Part shown: one piece after another, positions 16,223-24,378 of the stretch
Numbering within the stretch: position 1 is the first letter of the stretch
How the letters are laid out: each line of letters starts with the position of its first letter
DNA from: a virus
Lineage: Duplodnaviria; Caudoviricetes
Strand: one strand, 5' to 3'
Virus record (IMG/VR): IMGVR_UViG_3300030376_004262
Location: 1-32,021 of that record
Length of the DNA: 32,021 nt
The notes under the pieces: model-generated
The model's database searches: none
The model's input: only the letters and a program-made list of their open reading frames with translations
What the model was told of the DNA's origin: nothing
Program-made: the position numbers and the translations under genes

Positions 16223-16253
16223 TTTGTTTTATTAACTTTTTTGTTTATATTTA
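16223..16253 (+). promoter_or_regulatory. Host-type early promoter TTTG-N19-TATATTTA
   Basis: TTTG ends at 16226 and TATATTTA is at 16246-16253; a leader hairpin ACTTAG/CTAAGT follows. Confidence 0.65.
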
Positions 16254-16294
16254 TGCCATACTTAGAATGAACTAAGTGGTTAATTTATTTTATT

Positions 16295-16498
16295 ATGACA
16301 GAACAAAACATACAATTCACAGGGAAATCCCTTAGATCAAAAGAAGATCTAGAAAGATTAATCAAAGATGCTCAATGGCAAGTTGATTATTATACTAAAG
16401 ATGTGCAGAAAGCACAGGACAATCTCTATATCAGACAGCTAGCATTAGAGTGTTTACAAAACGAACTAAATATAGTCAATGATGTTTCACAATTATAA
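16295..16498 (+). CDS. Hypothetical coiled-coil protein
   Basis: 67 aa ORF downstream of the early promoter. Confidence 0.6.
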   Translation: MTEQNIQFTGKSLRSKEDLERLIKDAQWQVDYYTKDVQKAQDNLYIRQLALECLQNELNIVNDVSQL

Positions 16499-16634
16499 CC
16501 AGTCAGAATATTATCTTGCAAGAATAGATGCTTTATTAAATCATATTGATAAATTAGAAACTTGCATAGAAATTCAAACAGGTCAAAAATTAAAAATTAG
16601 ATATGGAAAAAAACACCCAAAGCGAAATATATAA
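16479..16634 (+). CDS. Small hypothetical protein (51 aa, not in ORF track)
   Basis: MMFHNYNQSEYYLARIDALLNHIDKLETCIEIQTGQKLKIRYGKKHPKRNI; fills the gap between genes. Confidence 0.5.
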   Translation: MMFHNYNQSEYYLARIDALLNHIDKLETCIEIQTGQKLKIRYGKKHPKRNI

Positions 16635-17124
16635 TAAATTATATAAATTGCAATTAGAGATTGGAATAATTAGTAAGGATGTTACTAATCCATTTTATAA
16701 ATCAAAGTATTTTGATATAAATTCTCTTATAGGACAATTACATCCTTTGTTAAAAAAGCATGGTTTGTTATTATTACAACCAATAAATGATCAGCAGGTT
16801 TATAGTATCATCAGAGAAATAAATGGATCTGGTCATGTAGAATCTTCAATAAGATTACCAGATATTCAAGATCCTCAAAAGTTAGGATCAGCAATTACTT
16901 ATTATAGAAGATATACATTGCAGTCATTATTAGCTTTACAGGCTGAGGATGATGATGGCAATAAAGCGATAGTTAAAAAAAAATCCTCTCTTAGATTCAA
17001 AACACCTGAATTTTATAACGCACAGAAAGGACTTAGAGAGGGAGCATCAATAGATGACATCAGAAAGGTTTATTCTGTTAGTCCAGAAGTGCAAGAAAAA
17101 TTGTTAAATTTTAAATTAGATTAG
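16603..17124 (+). CDS. erf: ERF-family single-strand annealing protein
   Basis: NPFYKSKY, QKLGSAITYYRRYTL and EDDDGN motifs. Confidence 0.9.
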   Translation: MEKNTQSEIYNKLYKLQLEIGIISKDVTNPFYKSKYFDINSLIGQLHPLLKKHGLLLLQPINDQQVYSIIREINGSGHVESSIRLPDIQDPQKLGSAITYYRRYTLQSLLALQAEDDDGNKAIVKKKSSLRFKTPEFYNAQKGLREGASIDDIRKVYSVSPEVQEKLLNFKLD

Positions 17125-17126
17125 TT

Positions 17127-17417
17127 ATGAGTGTATTAATGAATGCGAGCATTCGCGTGGATAAACTCCCAAAGGAGAAATTCATAAAAGGCAAAGATGG
17201 TGCTGTTTACTATAATTTGACTATATCAGTTTCAGATGAATCTAGATATGGAAATAATGTAGCGATAACAGATTCTCAAACTCAAGAAGAAAGAGAAGCA
17301 AAAAAGCCAAAAAATTATCTGGGCAATGGAAAAGTTGTTTGGACTGATGGCAATATTGTCTTAGCTCAAAAAGAAGAAACATCAGAGCCAGTGGCTAATG
17401 ATGATCTTCCTTTCTAA
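17127..17417 (+). CDS. Single-stranded DNA-binding protein
   Basis: Small beta-rich protein after ERF with the acidic C-terminal tail NDDLPF. Confidence 0.7.
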   Translation: MSVLMNASIRVDKLPKEKFIKGKDGAVYYNLTISVSDESRYGNNVAITDSQTQEEREAKKPKNYLGNGKVVWTDGNIVLAQKEETSEPVANDDLPF

Positions 17418-17480
17418 ATGTGTTGTACCAAACGAGGAACAGGGATTGATCATCTCACAATATAATTCACATTTTTAATT

Positions 17481-17510
17481 AAGGGGGGAAATTTATCCTC
17501 CCTTTTTTTT
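17481..17510 (+). terminator. Rho-independent terminator after SSB
   Basis: AAGGGGGGA-aattta-TCCTCCCTT stem plus a T-run; its tail overlaps TATATTTA 17510-17517. Confidence 0.85.
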
Positions 17511-17520
17511 ATATTTAAAT

Positions 17521-18369
17521 ATGCAAAACAAAACAGAACATGAAATCCTCATGAAAAAAATTGAGGCAGAATGTCTAGTTGATAATTCTGAAAGAATAGA
17601 TTACCCACCTGTCGCATTATCATTAGGAAAAAAATATATACAAACTAAAGATGGTGGTCAAATGTTACCCATACCTATTGGAACATATGGCAACTTTTCA
17701 TTCGTTCAAAGCCCACCAAAAACAAAGAAAACATTTTTTATATCTTTGTTAAGCAGTGTATATCTTTCAGGATCTAATCATTTTGGAGGAGATATTAAAG
17801 GACATAGAAAAGATCAATGTCTTTTACATATAGATACAGAACAGGGAACATGGCATGCTCAGAGAGTATTTAAGCGAGCAATTGATATGTCAGATCTGGA
17901 TGGGTCACAATGTTATTATACATATGCATTAAGACAAATTGGATTTAAGCAGAGAATAGATTTTATTGAGTATTTGTTAAAAGATAAAATCATGAATACA
18001 GGATTGATTATTATTGATGGCATAGCTGATTTAGTGGGAGATGTTAACAATTTAGAAGAATCAAATGCTTGTGTACAAAAATTAATGGAATGGAGTTCAA
18101 TTTACGAATGCCATATCATTACTGTAATACATTCTAATTATGGAAGTTCTAAACCCACAGGACATTTAGGATCTTTCTTAGAAAAAAAATGTGAAACTCA
18201 AATTGAGTTGGAAGCAAATACAGTTAATAAGGAATGGATAACAGTTAAATGCAAAAGAAGTAGGGGATATGCTTTTGAGACATTTAGTTTTAAAATAAAT
18301 GATTTAGGTTTGCCTGAGATAGTAGGGGATTTATATGATCCATTAAAAGAAAATGAAAAAAGATATTGA
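17521..18369 (+). CDS. AAA/RecA-fold helicase-like ATPase (RepA/AAA_25-like)
   Basis: Variant Walker A SPPKTKKT, LHIDTEQG, Walker B IIIDGIAD, VIH and GHLGS. Confidence 0.8.
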   Translation: MQNKTEHEILMKKIEAECLVDNSERIDYPPVALSLGKKYIQTKDGGQMLPIPIGTYGNFSFVQSPPKTKKTFFISLLSSVYLSGSNHFGGDIKGHRKDQCLLHIDTEQGTWHAQRVFKRAIDMSDLDGSQCYYTYALRQIGFKQRIDFIEYLLKDKIMNTGLIIIDGIADLVGDVNNLEESNACVQKLMEWSSIYECHIITVIHSNYGSSKPTGHLGSFLEKKCETQIELEANTVNKEWITVKCKRSRGYAFETFSFKINDLGLPEIVGDLYDPLKENEKRY

Positions 18370-18826
18370 ACAACTTTATGATAAACACAAAACATGGATT
18401 AAAATCGTGAAATCATTTGGTTGCAATGATGCAATAGCTGAGGATCTGGTGCAGGAGATGTATGTTAAAATAATAATCAAAGTAAAAAAAGGATTAGACA
18501 TTAGATATAATGAAACTGAAATAAATTATTACTATATATTTAGAACACTAAACAGCTTGTTTATAGATTTAACTAGAAAGAAAAAAAATATTTATATAGA
18601 GGGATTAGAAAATATAAAAAATAAAAGTGATGATCCTGATTATTTAGGAACATATGAAGCTGTTCAAAAAGAATTAGATAAAATGTATTGGTACGACAAA
18701 AGAATATTTGAATTAATTAATGGAGGAGAAAGCATTGCATCTCTATCTAGAAAAACTCATATCCCTTATTATTCTCTTTATAATACTTATACAAAGGTCA
18801 AAGAAAGGTTAAAAAAATTATTATGA
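18353..18826 (+). CDS. ECF-type RNA polymerase sigma factor
   Basis: AEDLVQEMYVK (region 2), YIFRTLNSLFID and a C-terminal HTH SIASLSRKTHIP. Confidence 0.8.
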   Translation: MKKDIEQLYDKHKTWIKIVKSFGCNDAIAEDLVQEMYVKIIIKVKKGLDIRYNETEINYYYIFRTLNSLFIDLTRKKKNIYIEGLENIKNKSDDPDYLGTYEAVQKELDKMYWYDKRIFELINGGESIASLSRKTHIPYYSLYNTYTKVKERLKKLL

Positions 18827-19002
18827 AAAATGATTATTATAGAATTAAAATTGGAGATCTGATTGCTTTTATTATTAAGGTCTTAACATTAGGTCAGGGA
18901 AAAAAAATTTCAAAATGGATAGCTAATAAATTAGGATATGAAGATTGTGGTTGTGATGATAGACAAAAAGCATTAAATAATATTAAGATAAAAAGATGGT
19001 AA
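18823..19002 (+). CDS. Small protein with DCGC motif (59 aa, not in ORF track)
   Basis: MKNDYYRIKIGDLIAFIIKVLTLGQGKKISKWIANKLGYEDCGCDDRQKALNNIKIKRW; ATGA overlap with the sigma gene. Confidence 0.7.
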   Translation: MKNDYYRIKIGDLIAFIIKVLTLGQGKKISKWIANKLGYEDCGCDDRQKALNNIKIKRW

Positions 19003-19205
19003 AATTTAACAAAGAAGATTATGACAAATGGTCAAAATTTAGAAATTCCACTAGGTCAACAATATCTGGTAGGGAGTTTGAGTTGGTATGCGACTTGCAC
19101 AGCAGATATAAAAAGCATAGTTTTTACAAACCCTGCACCTGTAATCCAAAAGAAATCAAAAGGTGGATACAGGATTTAAATGATATTTATAAAGGAGGGT
19201 TGTAA
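18996..19205 (+). CDS. Small protein with H/H/CxC cluster
   Basis: CDLH...KH...PCTC; overlaps the preceding ORF. Confidence 0.65.
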   Translation: MVKFNKEDYDKWSKFRNSTRSTISGREFELVCDLHSRYKKHSFYKPCTCNPKEIKRWIQDLNDIYKGGL

Positions 19206-19209
19206 ACAT

Positions 19210-19240
19210 TTTGTTTATAAGTTTATTTTTATTATATTTA
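19210..19240 (+). promoter_or_regulatory. Host-type promoter TTTG-N19-TATATTTA
   Basis: TTTG 19210-19213 and TATATTTA 19233-19240; ATG at 19245. Confidence 0.65.
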
Positions 19241-19244
19241 TTTC

Positions 19245-19736
19245 ATGAATGAATATAATAGAAAATTATCTCAGGAACTTATAAAGAGATACAATCCTAT
19301 TGAGGAACAAGATTTAAAAGATTTAGAATTTGAATCTGTTACTCTTAATGAGAATAAATATGACCATATTGATGGCAAAATTTCATTCACTACTCTAGCT
19401 GTAGAAACTCAAATAACTACAGATATAAAAGACAGAAAAAGTTTAAAAAGAGGTCAACCTAAAAATGATAAATATTTATGGGTTGAAATAAAAAACCCAT
19501 ATGGCTTTGATGGATGGGCATTTGGAAAAGCTCATTATATTGCTTTTAAACAAGAATCGCAATGGCTATTTGTGTGGCGAGAAGATTTAGTTCAACTATT
19601 GAAAGATAGAGTTGAAAAGGTTTATGTGAATCACTTTCCTCTTTATAAATTATATAATAGATCAGGGAGTAAAGATGTGCTAACTCTGATAGATAGTCAA
19701 GATATTAAATCAATTAAAATACCTAGAAAATTATGA
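19245..19736 (+). CDS. PD-(D/E)xK nuclease-like protein
   Basis: DHID...TDIK...WVEIKN...GWAFGKA pattern. Confidence 0.55.
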   Translation: MNEYNRKLSQELIKRYNPIEEQDLKDLEFESVTLNENKYDHIDGKISFTTLAVETQITTDIKDRKSLKRGQPKNDKYLWVEIKNPYGFDGWAFGKAHYIAFKQESQWLFVWREDLVQLLKDRVEKVYVNHFPLYKLYNRSGSKDVLTLIDSQDIKSIKIPRKL

Positions 19737-20023
19737 CACAAAAAGAACAAATTAAGAACTTAAAAGAAAGATTAGAATCTGCTAAAAAGAATCATTATCT
19801 GCATCACTCTAACAATGTTTGGGTTGGAGATGGAGAATTACATATTGATCATGGAGATTGGGAGAGTGGAAATGAGAAACATCTGGTCATTAATGTTGAT
19901 GAATTTTTTAAGGATCTTCCATTTATAATAAGTCAGGTTGTAAAAGAAAATCAGAAAATGCAAGATTATTATTTAGGAAATATCTTAGATGAATTAAAAG
20001 AATTAAAAAAATATAAAAGATGA
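19733..20023 (+). CDS. Hypothetical protein
   Basis: 96 aa with ATGA overlaps on both sides. Confidence 0.65.
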   Translation: MTQKEQIKNLKERLESAKKNHYLHHSNNVWVGDGELHIDHGDWESGNEKHLVINVDEFFKDLPFIISQVVKENQKMQDYYLGNILDELKELKKYKR

Positions 20024-20196
20024 AACACGATCATAATGCTTTTGAGAATCAAATATTTGGTCATTATAGACAACAAGTAAAAAAAATACATGAAGCAATA
20101 GAATTATTATTAGAGCATAATTATATAGTTGTTGATTTAGAGGGTCAAATTTTACATAAATCAGATGGAAAAAAAACAGAGACAATACAGGAGTAA
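20020..20196 (+). CDS. Small hypothetical protein (58 aa, not in ORF track)
   Basis: MKHDHNAFENQIFGHYRQQVKKIHEAIELLLEHNYIVVDLEGQILHKSDGKKTETIQE; ATGA overlap. Confidence 0.65.
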   Translation: MKHDHNAFENQIFGHYRQQVKKIHEAIELLLEHNYIVVDLEGQILHKSDGKKTETIQE

Positions 20197-20302
20197 TCAA
20201 GGCAGATCTCCTAAACAACAAACAAAAAATAATAAAATGCTAGGATGGTCTTTATTGGGTCTAGTGATTACTATTATTTTTATATTTATTACAAAGAAAT
20301 GA
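20165..20302 (+). CDS. Small tail-anchored membrane protein (45 aa, not in ORF track)
   Basis: MEKKQRQYRSNQGRSPKQQTKNNKMLGWSLLGLVITIIFIFITKK; its stop overlaps the next ATG. Confidence 0.65.
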   Translation: MEKKQRQYRSNQGRSPKQQTKNNKMLGWSLLGLVITIIFIFITKK

Positions 20303-21021
20303 TTTTATTGATAGATGCAGACAGCTTGATCTTTGCTAGTTGCTATAGGTCAAAGAATGATATTAATTTTCATTTATATCCAGATAATTTTTATACTAAC
20401 ATGGAGGATAGTATAAACAAATTTAATGAGCAATATATGAAGATAGTAAATGATCTGGAAGAATTATATACTATTGATTCTATTGTTACTTTTAATGGAT
20501 CAAAAGGAAATTTTAGAAAACAGATAACTCCAGATTATAAAGCAAATAGAAAAAAACAGATTCTTCCACCATTATTACATCCTATGCATCAATATGTAAA
20601 AGATAATTATGATAGTAAATATTGCTTTGGAATGGAGACAGATGATTTGGTTGCTAGATATTGGAAAAAATTAAGTGATGAATTTGGTAGGGATGAAGTC
20701 ATGATAGTAAGCATTGACAAAGATTATAAGCAGTTTCCATGTTTGCTTTACAATTATCATTATAAGCATAAAGTAATTTTAGATATTAGTGAATCAGATG
20801 CTTTATATAATTTTTATGAGCAAATGATTATGGGAGACACAGCAGATAATGTTAATTATTTCAAAGGCAAAGGCAAAAAGTTTGCAGAAAAATATTTTGA
20901 AGATTGCACTAGTAAATATCAATATACTAGAAAATTATATGAATTATTTATAAAAGAATATAGAGGAAAAGCTAAATTGAAATATATTGAGTGCTATCAT
21001 TTATTAAAATTAAGAACATGA
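20299..21021 (+). CDS. 5'-3' exonuclease / flap endonuclease (T7 gp6, T4 RNase H family); start revised to 20299
   Basis: LLIDADS, NFR...YKANR, ETDD, SIDKD and GDTADNV motifs. Confidence 0.9.
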   Translation: MILLIDADSLIFASCYRSKNDINFHLYPDNFYTNMEDSINKFNEQYMKIVNDLEELYTIDSIVTFNGSKGNFRKQITPDYKANRKKQILPPLLHPMHQYVKDNYDSKYCFGMETDDLVARYWKKLSDEFGRDEVMIVSIDKDYKQFPCLLYNYHYKHKVILDISESDALYNFYEQMIMGDTADNVNYFKGKGKKFAEKYFEDCTSKYQYTRKLYELFIKEYRGKAKLKYIECYHLLKLRT

Positions 21022-21401
21022 AGAATTTGAAACCAATAGAAATAGCAAATAAAATTATAAAAGAAACAGGGGTCAATGTTTTTGAAAATACAAGAAAACA
21101 AAAATATATAGAATTTAGATCCTTAGTTTGTTATTTGTTAAGAGCAAAATTAAATATGAGATGGTTGAATATAGCTAAATTTTTTAATGATAATAATAAA
21201 ACCATGACTCATGCAAGTTGCATCCACTCTGTAAAGAATTATTATATGTATAAAAAATATAATAAAGAATTAGATAGTTTAGAAAAAATGTTTTCTTTTA
21301 AAAGTAATTTAAATATTGATCAGATTGACAGAGTTCACTATTTAGAAAACAAACTGAAATTATTAGAAAATAAATTAAATGAATGTCAAAACTCGTTATA
21401 A
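21018..21401 (+). CDS. DnaA C-terminal-like HTH DNA-binding protein; start revised to 21018
   Basis: TRKQKYIEFRSLVCYL...IAKFF...THASCIHSVK resembles the DnaA domain IV pattern; ATGA overlap. Confidence 0.6.
   Translation: MKNLKPIEIANKIIKETGVNVFENTRKQKYIEFRSLVCYLLRAKLNMRWLNIAKFFNDNNKTMTHASCIHSVKNYYMYKKYNKELDSLEKMFSFKSNLNIDQIDRVHYLENKLKLLENKLNECQNSL
21376..21400 (+). promoter_or_regulatory. Putative phage late promoter (TCGTTATA)
   Basis: TCGTTATA 21393-21400, 5 nt before ATG 21406; upstream TAAA is one base closer than in the other copies. Confidence 0.65.
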
Positions 21402-21405
21402 TAAT

Positions 21406-22032
21406 ATGAAACCTGTAAAAGTAAAAATACATAAAATTAAAATGAATCCTGAAAATCCTAGATTTATAAAGGGTGCAAAATTTGATAAATTAGTAAAGTC
21501 AATAAAAGATTTTCCAGAAATGTTAAAACTTAGACCAATTGTTGTAGATGAAAACAATATAATTCTGGGGGGAAATATGAGATATAAAGCTTGCATAGAA
21601 GCAGGGCTCAAAGAAATATATGCTATACAAACAGATGAATTAACAGAGGATCAGAAAAAAGAATTTATAATAAAAGACAATTCATCTTTTGGAGATTGGG
21701 ATTGGGATATATTAGCAAATGAATGGGATGTTGATCTCTTAGAAGATTGGGGTTTAGATCTTCCAATAAATGATCAGATAGATAATTTAGAAGATGATGA
21801 TGAAATTGAATTACCTCAATCAGTTCAATTAGTTCCTCCAAAAGAATATATTTTGATAATGGCTGAGCCAAATTCAGTTGATTGGGAGGAGTTAAAAGAG
21901 ATATTAAAATTAAAAATGGTCAGGCGAGGAGGTTATAAAAAAGGAAGTGGATTTGATGCTGTAAGTTTAGAAAGAGTTTTATATTGGGATGAATTTAAAA
22001 GAAGATTAAATGTTAATAGCAGTACCAAGTAA
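21406..22032 (+). CDS. ParB/Srx-like N-terminal domain protein; start revised to 21406
   Basis: NPENPR, LVKSIKDFP, RPIVVDEN...LGGNMRYKA, IKDN...GDWDWD; acidic linker and a small C-terminal domain. Confidence 0.85.
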   Translation: MKPVKVKIHKIKMNPENPRFIKGAKFDKLVKSIKDFPEMLKLRPIVVDENNIILGGNMRYKACIEAGLKEIYAIQTDELTEDQKKEFIIKDNSSFGDWDWDILANEWDVDLLEDWGLDLPINDQIDNLEDDDEIELPQSVQLVPPKEYILIMAEPNSVDWEELKEILKLKMVRRGGYKKGSGFDAVSLERVLYWDEFKRRLNVNSSTK

Positions 22033-22726
22033 AGGCAGAGCAGGATTAACTAGCACAAATAAAATATTACCTGATGCTACTTTTTTTATTCCAGAAAGTG
22101 AGTATCATCAATATAAAGGATTAGTTAAAAATATAGTTTGTATTCCAAAAGAGGTCAGGGGAATTACACCTACTAGAAATTGGATCTTGAAAAATAGCAA
22201 GGAGAAGTGGGTGGTCATGATAGATGATGATGCTAAGAATGTTGGCTATAATTTTTTAGATAAAAGAAATACAAGAAAAGTACAAATAAAAGATCAGGGT
22301 TTTTGGATGGAGGAATTTTTAAAATATTTTGATTTATGTGAGCAAATGGGATATAAGATTTGGGGAACAAGAACAGAATCAAGCCCTAGAGGATCATACC
22401 CATACAAACCTATATTAACCAGAACATATGTGACTGCATCTTTGATGGGAATTATAAATGATGGAGAATATTATTTTGATGAAAATTTTGTAGTAAAAGA
22501 AGATTATGAAATTTGTTTAAGACATATAAAAGACAAAGGGGGGATTCTAGGAATTAGATATTTACATTGGGAGAATGACCATTGGGATCAAGATGGAGGT
22601 TGCAAAGATTATAGAACAATTCAAATAGAAAGAAAAGCGATTAAAGATTTGATCAAATTATATCCATCAATGATTTCTCAGGTCAAAAGAAAAGCAAATG
22701 AATTTACAATAAAATTAAATCTATAA
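22010..22726 (+). CDS. GT-A fold glycosyltransferase, TET-associated (TAGT/GREB1-like) type
   Basis: IAVPSKGRA, GITPTRNWIL, VMIDDD, KEDYEICL and GGCKDYR motifs. Confidence 0.7.
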   Translation: MLIAVPSKGRAGLTSTNKILPDATFFIPESEYHQYKGLVKNIVCIPKEVRGITPTRNWILKNSKEKWVVMIDDDAKNVGYNFLDKRNTRKVQIKDQGFWMEEFLKYFDLCEQMGYKIWGTRTESSPRGSYPYKPILTRTYVTASLMGIINDGEYYFDENFVVKEDYEICLRHIKDKGGILGIRYLHWENDHWDQDGGCKDYRTIQIERKAIKDLIKLYPSMISQVKRKANEFTIKLNL

Positions 22727-23085
22727 TGGACAAAAGTAGACACATAAAAAAGGAATCAGTTTTAAAAGCATTAGAGCAGAGTTTAGGGGTGGTCAATATG
22801 GCTTGCAAGAAAGCAGATGTACCTAGAAGCACTTTTTATAAGTGGATGAAAGAAGATGATGATTTTGCTCAGAAAGTTCAGGACATTGATAATATCGCAT
22901 TAGATTTTGTAGAAAGTCAATTACATAGACAGATAGCAGACAATTCAACAGCAGCAACTATTTTCTACCTAAAAACCAAAGGCAAGAAAAGAGGTTACAT
23001 AGAAAGACAGGAGATTACAGGAGCAGATGGAATGCCTACTAACTTTCAAATTGAGATAATTGATAAAACAGAAGATACAGACTAA
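22726..23085 (+). CDS. Terminase small subunit
   Basis: N-terminal HTH (GVVNMAC...RSTFYKW) and ATIFYLKTKGKKRGY; directly upstream of the large subunit. Confidence 0.8.
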   Translation: MDKSRHIKKESVLKALEQSLGVVNMACKKADVPRSTFYKWMKEDDDFAQKVQDIDNIALDFVESQLHRQIADNSTAATIFYLKTKGKKRGYIERQEITGADGMPTNFQIEIIDKTEDTD

Positions 23086-24223
23086 TATAGTTTATAAGCA
23101 CTTAGAGAATAGTGATTCAAAAATTATAGTTGAGCAGGGGGGTACAAGATCAGGCAAAACTTATAATATTCTTTTATATATCATTTTTAAATATTGCACT
23201 AATCATTCTGGAAAGATTGTTACTATATGCAGAAAAACATTTCCAAGTTTAAGAGCAACTGTTCTCAGGGATTTTTTACACATCCTCAGAGACCATCAAA
23301 TATACAGAGAGGAATATCATAATAAATCCAATTCAGAATATAATCTATTTGGGAATCTAGTTGAATTTACTAGCTTGGATCAGAGCCAGAAAATCAGAGG
23401 GCGAAAAAGAGATTTGCTTTTTATCAACGAAGCGAATGAATTATATTGGGAGGATTGGCAACAGCTGATATTTAGAACTCAGGAAAGAATAATAATTGAC
23501 TTTAATCCATCAGATGAATATCATTGGATATATGACAAAGTAATACCTAGAGAAGATTGTCAGTTTTTTAAAACAACTTATTTAGATAATCCTTTTTTAG
23601 AAGATTCAATTAGAGAGGAGATAGAAAGATTAAAAGATACTGATGAACAATATTGGCAAATATATGGATTAGGAGAGAGGTCAAGTTCTAGAAGAACTAT
23701 TTTTAGATATGTTGAGATTAATAAAGTTCCTAGTGATGCAAAACTGATTGCATATGGCATGGACTTTGGATATACCCATGATCCTACAACTTTGGTTTCT
23801 GTTTATACATTAGATCATAATCTTTATATTCATGAGCATCTATATAGAACTCAAATGACTACTAATGATATTAATCAATTTCTAAGATCAGAGAATTTGT
23901 TAAGCAATCCAATATATGCTGATTCAGCAGAGCCAAGATTAATTTCTGAATTGAGAAAAATGGGTCATAATATTCATCCAAGTATAAAGGGGAGAGATTC
24001 AGTTAATGCAGGAATTGATTTATTAAAAAGATATAAGATTCATATAACAAGTAATTCAAATAATGCAATTCAGGAATTTAGGAATTATAAATGGAAAGAA
24101 GATAAATCTGGAAAGATGATTAATATAGCAGAGGATTTACATAACCATATTATTGATCCATGTAGATATGCGACTTACTCCATATTATCTAGACCAAATT
24201 TTGGAAAATATTCTATTCACTAA
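23060..24223 (+). CDS. Terminase large subunit (PBSX/SPP1-like), TTG start
   Basis: QGGTRSGKT, LFINEANE, DFNP, TYLDNPFL, GMDFG, ADSAEP and NHIIDPCRY motifs. Confidence 0.95.
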   Translation: MIKQKIQTNIVYKHLENSDSKIIVEQGGTRSGKTYNILLYIIFKYCTNHSGKIVTICRKTFPSLRATVLRDFLHILRDHQIYREEYHNKSNSEYNLFGNLVEFTSLDQSQKIRGRKRDLLFINEANELYWEDWQQLIFRTQERIIIDFNPSDEYHWIYDKVIPREDCQFFKTTYLDNPFLEDSIREEIERLKDTDEQYWQIYGLGERSSSRRTIFRYVEINKVPSDAKLIAYGMDFGYTHDPTTLVSVYTLDHNLYIHEHLYRTQMTTNDINQFLRSENLLSNPIYADSAEPRLISELRKMGHNIHPSIKGRDSVNAGIDLLKRYKIHITSNSNNAIQEFRNYKWKEDKSGKMINIAEDLHNHIIDPCRYATYSILSRPNFGKYSIH

Positions 24224-24241
24224 AAAATACTTATTAAATTT

Positions 24242-24272
24242 TTTGTTTATAACTAAATAAGTGTTATATTTG
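24242..24272 (+). promoter_or_regulatory. Host-type early promoter TTTG-N19-TATATTTG
   Basis: Exact Bacteroidota -33/-7 consensus. Confidence 0.8.
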
Positions 24273-24275
24273 AAT

Positions 24276-24364
24276 ATCAATGAGGGGGAAAGTTTAGGAG
24301 ATGTCAGGTGCGAGCCCTGTAAAAATTAGATGTCGCTCTATCATAACCAAGATCCCTTATTGAT
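24276..24364 (+). ncRNA. Candidate structured RNA (multi-stem junction with T-loop)
   Basis: 12-bp closing stem 24276-24287/24353-24364 and two inner hairpins, starting at the predicted transcription start. Confidence 0.55.
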
Positions 24365-24378
24365 TTTATAAATAAAAT

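Noticed and set aside
16295-21401. Lysogeny module
   Set aside because: No integrase, CI-like repressor or ParA was recognised; the ParB-domain gene sits in a packaging context rather than a partitioning one
24284-24345. tRNA, cobalamin riboswitch, twister or hammerhead interpretation of the structured leader
   Set aside because: Only the T-loop-like hairpin matches. There is no cloverleaf, no B12-box, no twister pseudoknot partners, and the GAAA/CTGATGA pair lacks proper hammerhead stems
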